64,000 nucleotides of DNA, taken from a virus. The DNA is taken from the UHGV virus genome UHGV-0084588; one strand, 5' to 3'. Each line of letters starts with the position of its first letter. Positions within the stretch are counted from its first letter, which is position 1. Positions 10,801-19,303 of the stretch are shown here, one piece after another. The translations under genes and the position numbers were made by a program. The notes under the pieces are model-generated. The model was not told the origin of the DNA. It saw nothing but the letters and a program-made list of their open reading frames with translations, and did not search any database.

Positions 10801-12213
10801 CGTGCGTAATAGTTTCTTTTGTGCTGTCAACGTCGCTTGTGTTGGATACTTAGCATTAACATAGTCCGTTAACTGCGGCTTCGTTTTTCCGTAAGCTAAT
10901 GCTGCATCCGACGCAATGCCGTTCAACTCTAACGCACGGATCGGACCCCACGTATCTGTGTGTGGGTTGTCCTTACGTGTAACGTGTTCGTGCGCAGGCG
11001 CATTACGATACAGCTGCTCAACTAACTGATGATACTTAACTATTAACTGGTAAACATCGTTATCGACGTCGGGCTCCGGCGCACCGGGTAAAGAACGAAT
11101 TTGAACATAATCGTTTTCAGCCGCATACCAGTTCAGGTTAATGTTCGTTTTAGACTTCAACCATTTGGCTACATTCGTTTTCGAATACCCTGCCGAGAAC
11201 TCATCAGGCGGCGTATCGACGTTGAATGTATAATCCATGGTCTGTTTATTTGTTTTTACTACGATTACGTAAACGCCGTTTCCGGGCTGACGGGTTACAC
11301 TAAAATCGATATCGTTTTTTAACTCATCGTCAGTTAAACCGTTGATTAAAGTATAATCGTAGTTTGTTGAACCACTGCCAATAGCGACAGTTAAGACCAG
11401 TGAGATTTTGCGCTGTTTTAGCTGTAACCGTAGAATGCTTGCACCGCCGTTGGCATAACAGAGCATCCAATCGATCTGCTCGTTCGGATTCAACTTTGTC
11501 ATGTCTGGCAGAATAGCAGGAATTCTGTGTTTCACCGACAGGGAATAGTCGTTAAAGGTTGTCGCGTTATAACTCAGGCTATAACGGTGGCGAGCTGTGT
11601 TGTAGGTGAAACCGCCTTTATTATCGTACGCGGCATACTGCTCGGAAGTGATAACCTTGCTATTAGCACGATATTCCAAATCCAGTGTGTTGCGTGCGAT
11701 TGGGTTAAGCCGACTCACGACTTCCCCTAACGAATCGCCTACCCCAGCAATGGCCTGCATTAGCTCCAGTTCACCTTTCCAATTCTCCCAATCGAACTGG
11801 ATATCGACCGGTGGAAAGTAAACGTCTCCGATAACGGTGTCCCACTGACACGCGGAAGGGTATTTACCTTTATTAAGCTCGCGCTCTGCGGTAATCTGCT
11901 CTTGGGTTGCTTCACCGCAACCAACGGCATGGTAATCTACAGTAAAGTTCGATTTGTATTTGTCATTAACAATCCAAATCATCCCGTGAATGAGATAGGC
12001 TGTGCGCAACATACCAGTCTCGTACGGGTGTGTAATAACGTAATCGTCGCCTAAGGTCAGTATTTTGCCGCCGCTCTTGACCACCAGGGATGTGGTGAAA
12101 AAAGGGGCGTGGGCAGGTACCAACATTCGGTATTTCGTACCAATGACGGCGACCGCTTCACCGGTTATTTTATTCCCCGGTTTTTTGAAGTGTGGGTCTA
12201 AGACGACAGCCAT
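7891..12213 (-). CDS. Tail fiber-like protein (1440 aa)
   Basis: Track ORF with ATG at 12213 preceded by TAGGAG; very large Thr/Gly/Asn-rich protein with VHHH motif; second of three tandem giant genes. Confidence 0.6.
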   Translation of the reverse strand: MAVVLDPHFKKPGNKITGEAVAVIGTKYRMLVPAHAPFFTTSLVVKSGGKILTLGDDYVITHPYETGMLRTAYLIHGMIWIVNDKYKSNFTVDYHAVGCGEATQEQITAERELNKGKYPSACQWDTVIGDVYFPPVDIQFDWENWKGELELMQAIAGVGDSLGEVVSRLNPIARNTLDLEYRANSKVITSEQYAAYDNKGGFTYNTARHRYSLSYNATTFNDYSLSVKHRIPAILPDMTKLNPNEQIDWMLCYANGGASILRLQLKQRKISLVLTVAIGSGSTNYDYTLINGLTDDELKNDIDFSVTRQPGNGVYVIVVKTNKQTMDYTFNVDTPPDEFSAGYSKTNVAKWLKSKTNINLNWYAAENDYVQIRSLPGAPEPDVDNDVYQLIVKYHQLVEQLYRNAPAHEHVTRKDNPHTDTWGPIRALELNGIASDAALAYGKTKPQLTDYVNAKYPTQATLTAQKKLLRTSATKTANGTIGTLPGFTSFTTEVDPVSMSKYVSPRFSESYVSNGHRYHGALRYTGTKSGFTTSFNAVPANLQDIDFIVTGRKTASGNEAVGTVSLRFYQKPGTNSGKFIQLTGEISAGKVGVKLELNGFSNPTPEVQYLSQAPNPAIPDGDFTLRFQLKRTGNVFDVVITINGKTYSARVNFTNMDAALEALENSHHFKSLIGNVADNVTISSGNKGNTVTIKKAPDVVDGTRLGAQFVVDPKSIKFIGQGSTDVNVGNNPVTLQAGDNQLVLYPDDRGLLWRGKKLLDPTTVAPYLPGNTAGGTGLFYGASTATVELTGSGIKASPFVATFILPVAEDVTTLACWQLTDEFGTAENLAATPALIEKLDAEFTGKLVAAKSYINDMQLTSSVTIDKITFGLGNVANTPDVDLPISTAQQAELDKYSPKVHHHPFTAFGTGNATTAKRGLIKFGLDVDDATLALDGSVVMAQTTQIEKLESAVGGVDSEARLDIIRFGKSGNDLIDVTVKDKILVTLPASTYFIGGETYTVPLTTINVSERFPKLNTEIYAGIFVDIVDNKAKYIIHDSYSQAETDTMTRVGLIGVNDLSEVFVTEMRNVTRLDDFRELKDHAADDNAHIHRSTTRAVLGLANLTVGAPCWASGLQAVVRGEADWRYVVGGQYRALDGVKYDQLASKWVFDAKGVSDNLHGFIHNLFPTFKNAGMRVSWETESNAKTGTVLETVLGCWKNTDGEFMRLSLLITRGYRLTDSNGEYCYAGFGLNFGSGKSVVVGFTPTKRVTAAPWSSLQPDVTFTHTRGANNAITFNASLTLAGTVYTIVVFLSTTDKYVSCTAAGGTTQKIPLVDRLTGFNIEPIVNDPYTPIYYGLGGLYEDEVRANIRSTADSATANKVYGTLLDYISNYSSLNRVRVMELAGVSSDPETLNALVATEFNNSLADYAALPIPPYLNKERVMSFIDTNNKVQAVIIRD

Positions 12214-12282
12214 TATCTACTCCTATAGTCCGTGGGCGTCGAAGTTCATACTATGACTTGAATCTATAGAGGAAAAAGAGCT

Positions 12283-13545
12283 GTGACTACTGCTTATCAA
12301 GTGCGGCCCGACAGCGCTTTTGGCTTCTCTCGAGAGTCCCGTACCTGGGGAGCCATCGATGTCACGCAACCCTTAACTACGTTGTGTTCAGACTACCACA
12401 CCTTTGAGATCGGTTTAAGTGCACTTGGTAAAGACTATACGTTAATCAGTCAATACCATCTTGCTGAACTACAAAACCGAACAGACACTTTACAAGATTG
12501 GTTAAATGAAAAGGCCGGAAACGTCATTCCCACTCTAAAAGCCGGATTGCCGAAACTGGAATTCAGTTGGGCACATTACCAATCAATTAATGCCGATGTA
12601 CCTGTCGAAACATATCTGTGTCCACCAGGGTACCACCACAGTCAAGATTTCAGCCTAGACGATGCTGATGACGTTGTCGTCGTTTGTGAGGACAAGTGGA
12701 AAGACAAATACCGTAATAGTGTGCTGTACAACATTAACGGTCAATGGGTACCGCACCAGACGGATACCGTAGGTGTGCGATTGCCTGGGGCCGGTAAAAT
12801 CGTACGGAGAGCATGTACGCCAGATATTGGCTGTATGGTTTTTGGTCAGCTAGGGAATGTTAAAACCTATCCAATCGCCAACCTTACGCTAAACAAGCTC
12901 GACACTACACGCGACTATTACTCCACGTTAATGATATCGCTGCCTGAGTCTATTACGGGGAAAACCGTGGGTTTCGTCATAGGCGGATTGTTACGTTGGT
13001 TGCCCCCGGACGGTTATTTCTCTGACCGTGCGATCATGATTTCTTTACCGAATTTTGATCTTGCACGGACCGTTCTGGAAACCCGCCGTTATTACGACTG
13101 GGATAGCATCGGTGTAGGGGATTTATCATCGCCTACCAACGTTCAACGTATTCGTAACCCTGAAACACTGAAGGCGCTTTTACTCCACGAATCCTCTTTT
13201 ATCTTTACGGTAGATAATCCGTATTTAGAAGAAGAAGTTGTGGGTGTTTCGCATAACGCCGTTTGGGGACGCTGTTACCTCAAGGACCCCAACGATCCTG
13301 ATTCTGAAAAACCATTAGGGTACTTAAATAATCGATTTGGTAAGACGGTAGGTTATTGGCCTACGTGGGAGGAAGGTGAGTGGGTATTTAACACTACCGA
13401 ATTCGACAGTCAAAACTACGTCTTTCGTGAAGCCCGGTGGTATAATCAGAAGAAGATTAACGATGCTCAAGCAATCGTTGGTCCATTCGGTCCCTGGGAA
13501 AAAGTGTATTTAGAAATGCATCGCTTTAAAGCACGAAAAAAATAA
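12283..13545 (+). CDS. Hypothetical protein (420 aa), divergent from the fiber genes
   Basis: Track ORF with GTG start, GAGGA about 10 nt upstream; ends at a bidirectional terminator; no motif recognised. Confidence 0.45.
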   Translation: MTTAYQVRPDSAFGFSRESRTWGAIDVTQPLTTLCSDYHTFEIGLSALGKDYTLISQYHLAELQNRTDTLQDWLNEKAGNVIPTLKAGLPKLEFSWAHYQSINADVPVETYLCPPGYHHSQDFSLDDADDVVVVCEDKWKDKYRNSVLYNINGQWVPHQTDTVGVRLPGAGKIVRRACTPDIGCMVFGQLGNVKTYPIANLTLNKLDTTRDYYSTLMISLPESITGKTVGFVIGGLLRWLPPDGYFSDRAIMISLPNFDLARTVLETRRYYDWDSIGVGDLSSPTNVQRIRNPETLKALLLHESSFIFTVDNPYLEEEVVGVSHNAVWGRCYLKDPNDPDSEKPLGYLNNRFGKTVGYWPTWEEGEWVFNTTEFDSQNYVFREARWYNQKKINDAQAIVGPFGPWEKVYLEMHRFKARKK

Positions 13546-13551
13546 AGTAAC

Positions 13552-13594
13552 CTCCTACCCTCTAAGAGGGTAGGAGTAGCACGTTTTTTTTTTT
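13552..13594. terminator. Bidirectional intrinsic terminator between convergent genes
   Basis: CTCCTACCCTC-TAAG-AGGGTAGGAG stem-loop with A-run upstream and T11 downstream. Confidence 0.7.
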
Positions 13595-13597
13595 CGC

Positions 13598-13825
13598 TTA
13601 GTCTTTTTTGTAGACAATCGCGTTACCGTGCAGTTTGTTGTTGCCGGAAATACCGATAACTTTGAATGCGTCGCCGCCAATTTTTTCGGCTTCAGCAGCC
13701 AGTTTACCAGTTACATGATCAACGGTATCGCCGAAAGCGCTGACGTTACCGATTTTCTTAAACTCTTCTGGAATATGCTCAGCAGAAGAGAACTCTTTAA
13801 TAGACATAACAGCTCTCCATTTCAA
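13598..13825 (-). CDS. DUF1471 (YdgH/BhsA/McbA family) domain protein, no signal peptide
   Basis: 75 aa; KKIGNVSAFGDTVDHVTGKLAAEAEKIGGDAFKVIGISGNNKLHGNAIVYK matches the BhsA-type domain (recalled E. coli BhsA: ...GTISANAG...LAQKADEMGAKSFRITSVTGPNTLHGTAVIYK). GGAG RBS before the ATG; no N-terminal hydrophobic leader. Confidence 0.6.
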   Translation of the reverse strand: MKWRAVMSIKEFSSAEHIPEEFKKIGNVSAFGDTVDHVTGKLAAEAEKIGGDAFKVIGISGNNKLHGNAIVYKKD

Positions 13826-13875
13826 AAGGTTAGTGGTCTAAGACCGACGTGTGTTACAACCGAAGCATAAGATAG

Positions 13876-13895
13876 CTCCTCCCCGTAGGGAGGAG
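13876..13895. other. GC-rich stem-loop without T-tract
   Basis: CTCCTCCC-CGTA-GGGAGGAG in the intergenic region between two minus-strand genes. Confidence 0.35.
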
Positions 13896-14013
13896 TAGAG
13901 TGCGCGAAAAAAGTGGCCTGCTTAACTAAACGATGGGTTTAAGAAAAGTGTTGATAAAAAGTTTTACCAACGTCAGGTCACAATATATAAAAACAACGTA
14001 AGAAAAAGGGGAA

Positions 14014-14979
14014 TTATTGCGGAGGTGATGTCGGGCCATGTTTACCTTGGTGAATGTGAACGCTAAAGGTAATACCAGAAATAACGGCATCTTTAACCGT
14101 AAAGACACCGACGCCTTTGCCAGTACCGCCGTATTTGAAGTTCTTAGCGATTTCCAGATTACCGGTGAACATCGCTTCATTCCCTTCTTGTTTAAAGTTC
14201 GGCGTTTTAAATGTTGTCGAACTCCCTGCTTCCGTTAACCAGGTTTGTGTTTTAAACGTAACGGATTTCGCTGCTTCCGTATTGCGAACTTCGCATTTTT
14301 CATTAATTGTTTTCGTTTCCAGGTTAATAGAACGCTTTGAATAAATGAACGCATCTTCTTTGTTGATGTTCACTTTTGAAAGCATCGCATTCTCAAAACC
14401 TAAATCGTCTTCCACCGAGTTAATGTAATACTTATTCCCTTTGTGGTCAACACACTGCCACGTGCCATTTGCATTATCAAACTGAAATAACCACGCCGCT
14501 TTCTCGCCGTTCACCATACTTGTTCTTAGCGTGATATGTTTGTCAATCGTCGAGATATTCAACACATACGCATTGGACAGGTCATCCGCCATCTGGTTTT
14601 CAGGGTCAGCAGACCACGCGTAAACCGCATCCTCTAATCGCTTAACGTTAGCGAAGTTCAGATCAATCCAAAAATAAATATCGGTTTTCCCCAAACGTAA
14701 CAAGATAACGTAATCTTCTCGTTTAACGTCAGGGGAATTAATTCGGTTGGAGTTAAACTTCCACCACTTTGCTGTTATCGTGTTACCCGTCTTAATGGTT
14801 AGGTTATCTGTTGCACCAGACGTTTCATGCGTCTTTTCAGTTGCTGAAGAAACAGATTGCACCACGGTAGGGTTAGCAAAGTTGGTTTCAATTGGTATCA
14901 CTTTTACCCGATCTGTACCACGGGGTTTGTCTTCCGCGACGATACCAATTGAGAAAAAATCAACACTGGATTTCTCCAT
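14014..14979 (-). CDS. Hypothetical protein (321 aa), possibly virion-associated
   Basis: Track ORF; Thr/Asn/Lys-rich, beta-rich-looking composition; Gly-rich C-terminus (GGTGKGVGVF); no enzymatic motif. Confidence 0.5.
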   Translation of the reverse strand: MEKSSVDFFSIGIVAEDKPRGTDRVKVIPIETNFANPTVVQSVSSATEKTHETSGATDNLTIKTGNTITAKWWKFNSNRINSPDVKREDYVILLRLGKTDIYFWIDLNFANVKRLEDAVYAWSADPENQMADDLSNAYVLNISTIDKHITLRTSMVNGEKAAWLFQFDNANGTWQCVDHKGNKYYINSVEDDLGFENAMLSKVNINKEDAFIYSKRSINLETKTINEKCEVRNTEAAKSVTFKTQTWLTEAGSSTTFKTPNFKQEGNEAMFTGNLEIAKNFKYGGTGKGVGVFTVKDAVISGITFSVHIHQGKHGPTSPPQ

Positions 14980-15008
14980 CGGGACGTTCCTTAGATCGGA
15001 ATTGAATT

Positions 15009-15030
15009 CAGATATATATTACTTAAGTGA
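15009..15030 (+). promoter_or_regulatory. Promoter-like motif CAGATATATATTACTTAAGTGA
   Basis: 21 of 22 positions identical to the motif at 19359..19380 (24-nt TTCAGATATATATTACTTA(A/G)GTGA block shared); heads a 420-bp region without ORFs. Confidence 0.4.
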
Positions 15031-15286
15031 ATAGGGACTGAAGTACCAGTTCAGTCCCTACGGACACGTTTCATTCGAAACGGATTGATTAAACCATTTG
15101 GGGAGACAGATCATGTCTACTAAAAAAAGAAAGTCTCAATGAGCTGCTCAAACGTCTTAAAGACTACACTCCATTTAGTACCTTCCGATAACAGGTACTA
15201 AAATTTTACAGTCTGCCCCTTTATTCTGCTACTCGGGATACCGGTAGGGGGTAGGGGGCATTATGTATACGGATATAAATAGCGGA

Positions 15287-15303
15287 GGTATACGTAGTAT
15301 ACC
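15287..15303. promoter_or_regulatory. Perfect 17-bp palindrome GGTATAC-GTA-GTATACC (candidate operator)
   Basis: 7-3-7 inverted repeat about 100 nt upstream of the first paralog gene; an extra GTATAC copy at 15265..15270. Confidence 0.35.
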
Positions 15304-15398
15304 GACATACTCTTCCCAGAGGAACGTAGTGACTTCCTTATTCCTCTTCTGCAATCCATAATAATAGACTCCCCTTTATTGAGATTAGCGAGTAAATC

Positions 15399-16136
15399 AT
15401 GAGAGAATTATTAGACGATATCTTTACTAACACCAGTTTAGAACTTTCTTCTACCGTTGTTAACGAACTATTAAAACAATCGCAACCTGCTAAGTTAATC
15501 GATGCTGGAACAATTAAACCTGAAGATTATCCAGACAGTGACGTTATCGACTGTATGATTGACGAATACGTGATAGGCAGTTACGCCAACCGCGTCTTCT
15601 TCGTTATTAATACCGAAACCAGTGTCATGTTAATCTATAAGTTGATCAGTGATGCCGAACTTGAAGTTGTGGCTGACCACATTCGTCTTCTTGCGAACAC
15701 GCCTACTAGTATCGATGATGTGCTTATTGGGAACGGTTGGGCTTTACCACCACTATTCTCTTACTTCCCTCTGTTTAGAAATGGGATAGGGTTACTCCGA
15801 AATGCAGAAAAGCTTCCCGATAACGTCGAGTTATCACTGCTTGGACCCGGCATCGATCTTTGTCCATTAGAAGACGAGGGCACGCTATATGGTTTGCGCA
15901 TCTATGTTTCTGTGTTAAAGGGTTACCGCGTTATTGAACTGATTGCATCCGACTTAGCAAAACAGATCCCAGATGTGGAAACGATTTCTAAAGCCACCCA
16001 CCTGGTTGAGATTAACTCAGACGATCCCTTATTGAAATATCACGAGAAAATTGATCTTCGTAAAATCGCCACGATGAGAGGGTGGAGTTGTGCTGAGATT
16101 ACGAAGGACTATCTGCTGTTAATTAAAACCGCGTAA
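15399..16136 (+). CDS. Hypothetical protein, member of tandem paralog family (C-terminal GW motif)
   Basis: 245 aa; C-terminus ...RGWSCAEITKDYLLLIKTA resembles the C-termini of the next three genes. Confidence 0.5.
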   Translation: MRELLDDIFTNTSLELSSTVVNELLKQSQPAKLIDAGTIKPEDYPDSDVIDCMIDEYVIGSYANRVFFVINTETSVMLIYKLISDAELEVVADHIRLLANTPTSIDDVLIGNGWALPPLFSYFPLFRNGIGLLRNAEKLPDNVELSLLGPGIDLCPLEDEGTLYGLRIYVSVLKGYRVIELIASDLAKQIPDVETISKATHLVEINSDDPLLKYHEKIDLRKIATMRGWSCAEITKDYLLLIKTA

Positions 16137-16166
16137 TTAAGAAAACCGAAAAAAGGAGAATATACC

Positions 16167-16721
16167 ATGTTTCAAACTGAACTGAAAAATGAAATTATCC
16201 AAACCCTTGAAAAAGGCGTAGGCGAACATTTCTTTGTCCGTCCTTATACCGTACTGACCAATACCATTATCCAGCCAGGTGCGATGATAGTAGGGGTAAG
16301 TGTACAAGCTGTAGAGGAAGCCCCGCTGCGTCGTAACATCACACGTAAAAACCATATTCCATTTAGAACGGGTTTTACAAATTACTTTCAGAGCTTACTG
16401 AAAGATAGCGTTTGGAAAACAGGCAGCTTCTTCCACGAAGGGAAGACTTCCACGCTGGTTTATAAAGAGAACACCAAGTATCTGGTTGATTTTCTCTTAG
16501 CGCGTCAATACGATTTCTTTCCTTCACCCACCGGTCTCACCCCAGACAATCCGAGTAAGCTGTTAAACCAAGACGAAGCTGAAGCACTGCGTGCACAACT
16601 GAGAAAAGAAGGTTGTGATGTCGATGACCATGAAACCTTAATCGGGGTTGCTAAAGCACACGGTTGGTATACCGTGCGTGTATTTGGGCGTCAGATGTTG
16701 TTCTTAGCTTATAACGTTTAA
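16167..16721 (+). CDS. Hypothetical protein, tandem paralog family member
   Basis: 184 aa; AAAGGAG RBS; C-terminus ...AHGWYTVRVFGRQMLFLAYNV. Confidence 0.55.
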   Translation: MFQTELKNEIIQTLEKGVGEHFFVRPYTVLTNTIIQPGAMIVGVSVQAVEEAPLRRNITRKNHIPFRTGFTNYFQSLLKDSVWKTGSFFHEGKTSTLVYKENTKYLVDFLLARQYDFFPSPTGLTPDNPSKLLNQDEAEALRAQLRKEGCDVDDHETLIGVAKAHGWYTVRVFGRQMLFLAYNV

Positions 16722-16732
16722 AGGATGGTATC

Positions 16733-17860
16733 ATGCATATCTGTCATAACGCACCGTCGCACAAACTTTATCTTGAATTGCTTTTCGAGGACTACAAGAA
16801 AGGGGTGCCGAAAATATTACTTAGCATCCCGCCTGATACGCAAACTGAATTGTTCGGTCGCGTTTTTGGTTGTACCGTTAACGCTTTGCCAGAACCAATC
16901 TGTGCGCCTGTGGATAATTGTGTTTTCGACGAACGAATTGAGGATTTTCAATTCACCTTTTACGTAAACGATTCTTTACTGTACGATAAACTCTATGTTC
17001 GTGAGTTGAAATCAAATCAGCGGTTAATGTACCGCGTCTATCCGCCCCACAGAGGGTCGATACTAGAGTATAAAATCAGACGGCTACCTTACGAGGGTGT
17101 GAATTTACTCGACCAGCAGGATATGGCTTTTCTGGAAGAACTCTGTGGATTTGAAATTGAGAAGATTCACGTAACCCAGGAAATATCCCGAAACGTACCT
17201 AGTCGTCATACCCCTTACGGTGGGTTTCCGTACGAGTTCACCGACACAGGACTAAGGCTCGTAACCGAATTTAACGACGTAATGTATTACGCAGTGTGTA
17301 TTGAACGTAAAGTAGTGGAGAAAGAAATGACAAGTACATTGAAAGAAGAATTAGCCCAATTCATTCGTGATGTTGAAGAGAAAAGCAAGAGCGATCACAT
17401 TTTCTCACAACGTTATCCTGAACTTATTGACGAAACCACCGATAGTGTCGTCGATGGTATACGCATTTTCCCAAGTGGTCTTGCAATTTACCGACTGCCT
17501 AGTGTTAATCAGCTTAAAGTCATGGAAATGCTAAAAGACGTTTTAGCAGAAGCAGGTTGGGAATATCGTTTCGATTGCAATTTCGAAGGGATGGCGTTAT
17601 TCGTTACAAAGAAAAATTATACGTTGTCAATCGATCTGCCCAAAAGTCAATATTACAGTTTCTTCCCGAAAGCGGATGACCGCACTGAAAAAGAACCTGC
17701 GATGTTACTTGATGCGGCAGAGTCCAATACGCTAATGATACATCTGCGGACGATTGATAAAGAGTTAACTACCAGTCATTTAACGACGATCGGTAAAGAT
17801 TACGGTTGGAAATCTGTCGAACCGTATGGCAGTCAGCTACTGTTTGTTGCTGACCTCTAA
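16733..17860 (+). CDS. Hypothetical protein, tandem paralog family member with internal duplication of the GW motif
   Basis: 375 aa; two copies of the motif: ...AGWEYRFDCNFEGMALFVTKK (internal) and ...YGWKSVEPYGSQLLFVADL (C-terminal). Confidence 0.55.
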   Translation: MHICHNAPSHKLYLELLFEDYKKGVPKILLSIPPDTQTELFGRVFGCTVNALPEPICAPVDNCVFDERIEDFQFTFYVNDSLLYDKLYVRELKSNQRLMYRVYPPHRGSILEYKIRRLPYEGVNLLDQQDMAFLEELCGFEIEKIHVTQEISRNVPSRHTPYGGFPYEFTDTGLRLVTEFNDVMYYAVCIERKVVEKEMTSTLKEELAQFIRDVEEKSKSDHIFSQRYPELIDETTDSVVDGIRIFPSGLAIYRLPSVNQLKVMEMLKDVLAEAGWEYRFDCNFEGMALFVTKKNYTLSIDLPKSQYYSFFPKADDRTEKEPAMLLDAAESNTLMIHLRTIDKELTTSHLTTIGKDYGWKSVEPYGSQLLFVADL

Positions 17861-17886
17861 TAAGTGAAACTACACTTTCTCTAACT

Positions 17887-17909
17887 GCCGCGCTTTAGTC
17901 GCGGCTTTT
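17887..17909 (+). terminator. Weak intrinsic terminator / attenuator
   Basis: GCCGCG-CTTTAGT-CGCGGC followed by TTTTG. Confidence 0.3.
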
Positions 17910-17928
17910 GTTAAGAAGGAAAAAAGAA

Positions 17929-18708
17929 ATGAAAATCCATTTAGACGACCTCTTTAAAACTGAACCGTACATGGTTAAAGGTTCGCTGGCTTCATTGTTG
18001 CTAGACGATAGATACCATCGAACGCTACAATTACAATCGGTAGAAACCGCGCCAACGGGAATTGAAGACGTGGGTCTTTACCAACGTATCACTCACACAC
18101 GTGGAGAATATCGTCGATATAAACCCGATACACTGACCGTTAAGCTTTGGCAAGTGGGCACAGGCAAGGTATTAAGTTATCGCGCCGTTGGTCTGTACCA
18201 CGTTGAACGTGCTTACACATGGTTAGAAGAAGTTAAAGAAATGGATTACGACCAGCTAAGCAAAAGACTTCGTGACCATAACGCCAGTTTACCGTTACGT
18301 AATTATTTCTCCACAGTTGAAAATAGTCGTTGTTTCGTTTCTCGCGAATCCATGATATTACCTGGAACTGACGTTCAGACGACGCTAAAAGACGTGGTTG
18401 TAAAGAAAGTCTTTCATGAGTCTGAACACGTTGGGTTTCGTATCTATTTAACCCACAAGAGACCATTTACCGTGATTCATGTTGTTACCGTACCCGAAGG
18501 ATCAGCAGTCTCTCGGGAACTTCCTGATGCTCGCGACCGTTGCCCTAATGAGCCGCTCTACTTAATGTCAGGAACAAAATCAACCGCGTTGATGTCTCGT
18601 TACAGCATGATAGATGTTGTTGACGCTGCTATGAAGCTAGGTTGGAAAGAAGTGCAGCAACACGGTAAACAGTTGCTGTTTATTGCCGATGTAAAACTTA
18701 ATTATTAG
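17929..18708 (+). CDS. Hypothetical protein, tandem paralog family member
   Basis: Track ORF 17908 starts at TTG; ATG at 17929 follows AAGGA; C-terminus ...LGWKEVQQHGKQLLFIADVKLNY. Confidence 0.55.
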   Translation: MKIHLDDLFKTEPYMVKGSLASLLLDDRYHRTLQLQSVETAPTGIEDVGLYQRITHTRGEYRRYKPDTLTVKLWQVGTGKVLSYRAVGLYHVERAYTWLEEVKEMDYDQLSKRLRDHNASLPLRNYFSTVENSRCFVSRESMILPGTDVQTTLKDVVVKKVFHESEHVGFRIYLTHKRPFTVIHVVTVPEGSAVSRELPDARDRCPNEPLYLMSGTKSTALMSRYSMIDVVDAAMKLGWKEVQQHGKQLLFIADVKLNY

Positions 18709-18720
18709 TGAGGTGGAACC

Positions 18721-19299
18721 GTGTACCGATTAATAGAAATGCGAAAAGACGTTTGGTTGGAAAATCTCGTCGATGGGGAGCTTGAGGGAGTTGGGCTTTC
18801 CTTACCAGAAAGGGCGGACACGGTATTAGCCTTTCTGATAAAGCGGGCAGCGAATGAACCTGTGGGGATTTTCGACGTGGATTACAAAGAACCGCGCGGA
18901 ATTCGTTTACGTAACATCTGTTGTGGTTTAGAGAACTTGACGGCAAGTCCTTTCGTAAACTACGCAAAACGTAAACTCCAGCCAGGGCAACATCTCTGGG
19001 TAGTTCTAGCGCCAGATATTCGCATTATGCGAGACGACCTGACTGCGTTTGTGCAAGCAACGAAAGTCAGTTTGTACAATCCTAATGCGGAACGTACCGA
19101 TATGCCGTTTACAATCACCTTAGAAGACGATGGAACGCAAGAGGGCATTGAGGCGATTACGGAATTAGTAAACTCTTATCCGGTTGCATCTATCGAGTTA
19201 GAAAACCCAAACCGATTACCGTTGGGGGATTTACTCGAATGGATTGAGCTGAATACTGAGTTCCTCATTAACTCCCGACAATATCGGTTCGATGTATAA
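18721..19299 (+). CDS. Hypothetical protein (192 aa)
   Basis: GTG start after GAGGTGG; followed by an intrinsic terminator; lacks the GW motif. Confidence 0.45.
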   Translation: MYRLIEMRKDVWLENLVDGELEGVGLSLPERADTVLAFLIKRAANEPVGIFDVDYKEPRGIRLRNICCGLENLTASPFVNYAKRKLQPGQHLWVVLAPDIRIMRDDLTAFVQATKVSLYNPNAERTDMPFTITLEDDGTQEGIEAITELVNSYPVASIELENPNRLPLGDLLEWIELNTEFLINSRQYRFDV

Positions 19300-19303
19300 C
19301 GTC

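Noticed and set aside
4179-11821. Plus-strand track ORFs (62-220 aa) inside the giant minus-strand fiber genes, e.g. 9215..9877
   Set aside because: They lie entirely within long, coherent minus-strand ORFs, lack RBS, and have low-complexity Ser/Thr/Ala-rich translations typical of shadow frames.
15274-15281. T4-type late promoter TATAAATA
   Set aside because: Single occurrence, about 118 nt from the nearest start codon, and not repeated at other gene starts; likely chance in AT-rich DNA.
14980-15398. tRNA gene in the ORF-free leader
   Set aside because: No T-loop (GTTCRANYC-like) or cloverleaf-compatible arrangement found by eye; the hairpins present do not fit tRNA geometry. A tRNAscan run would settle it.
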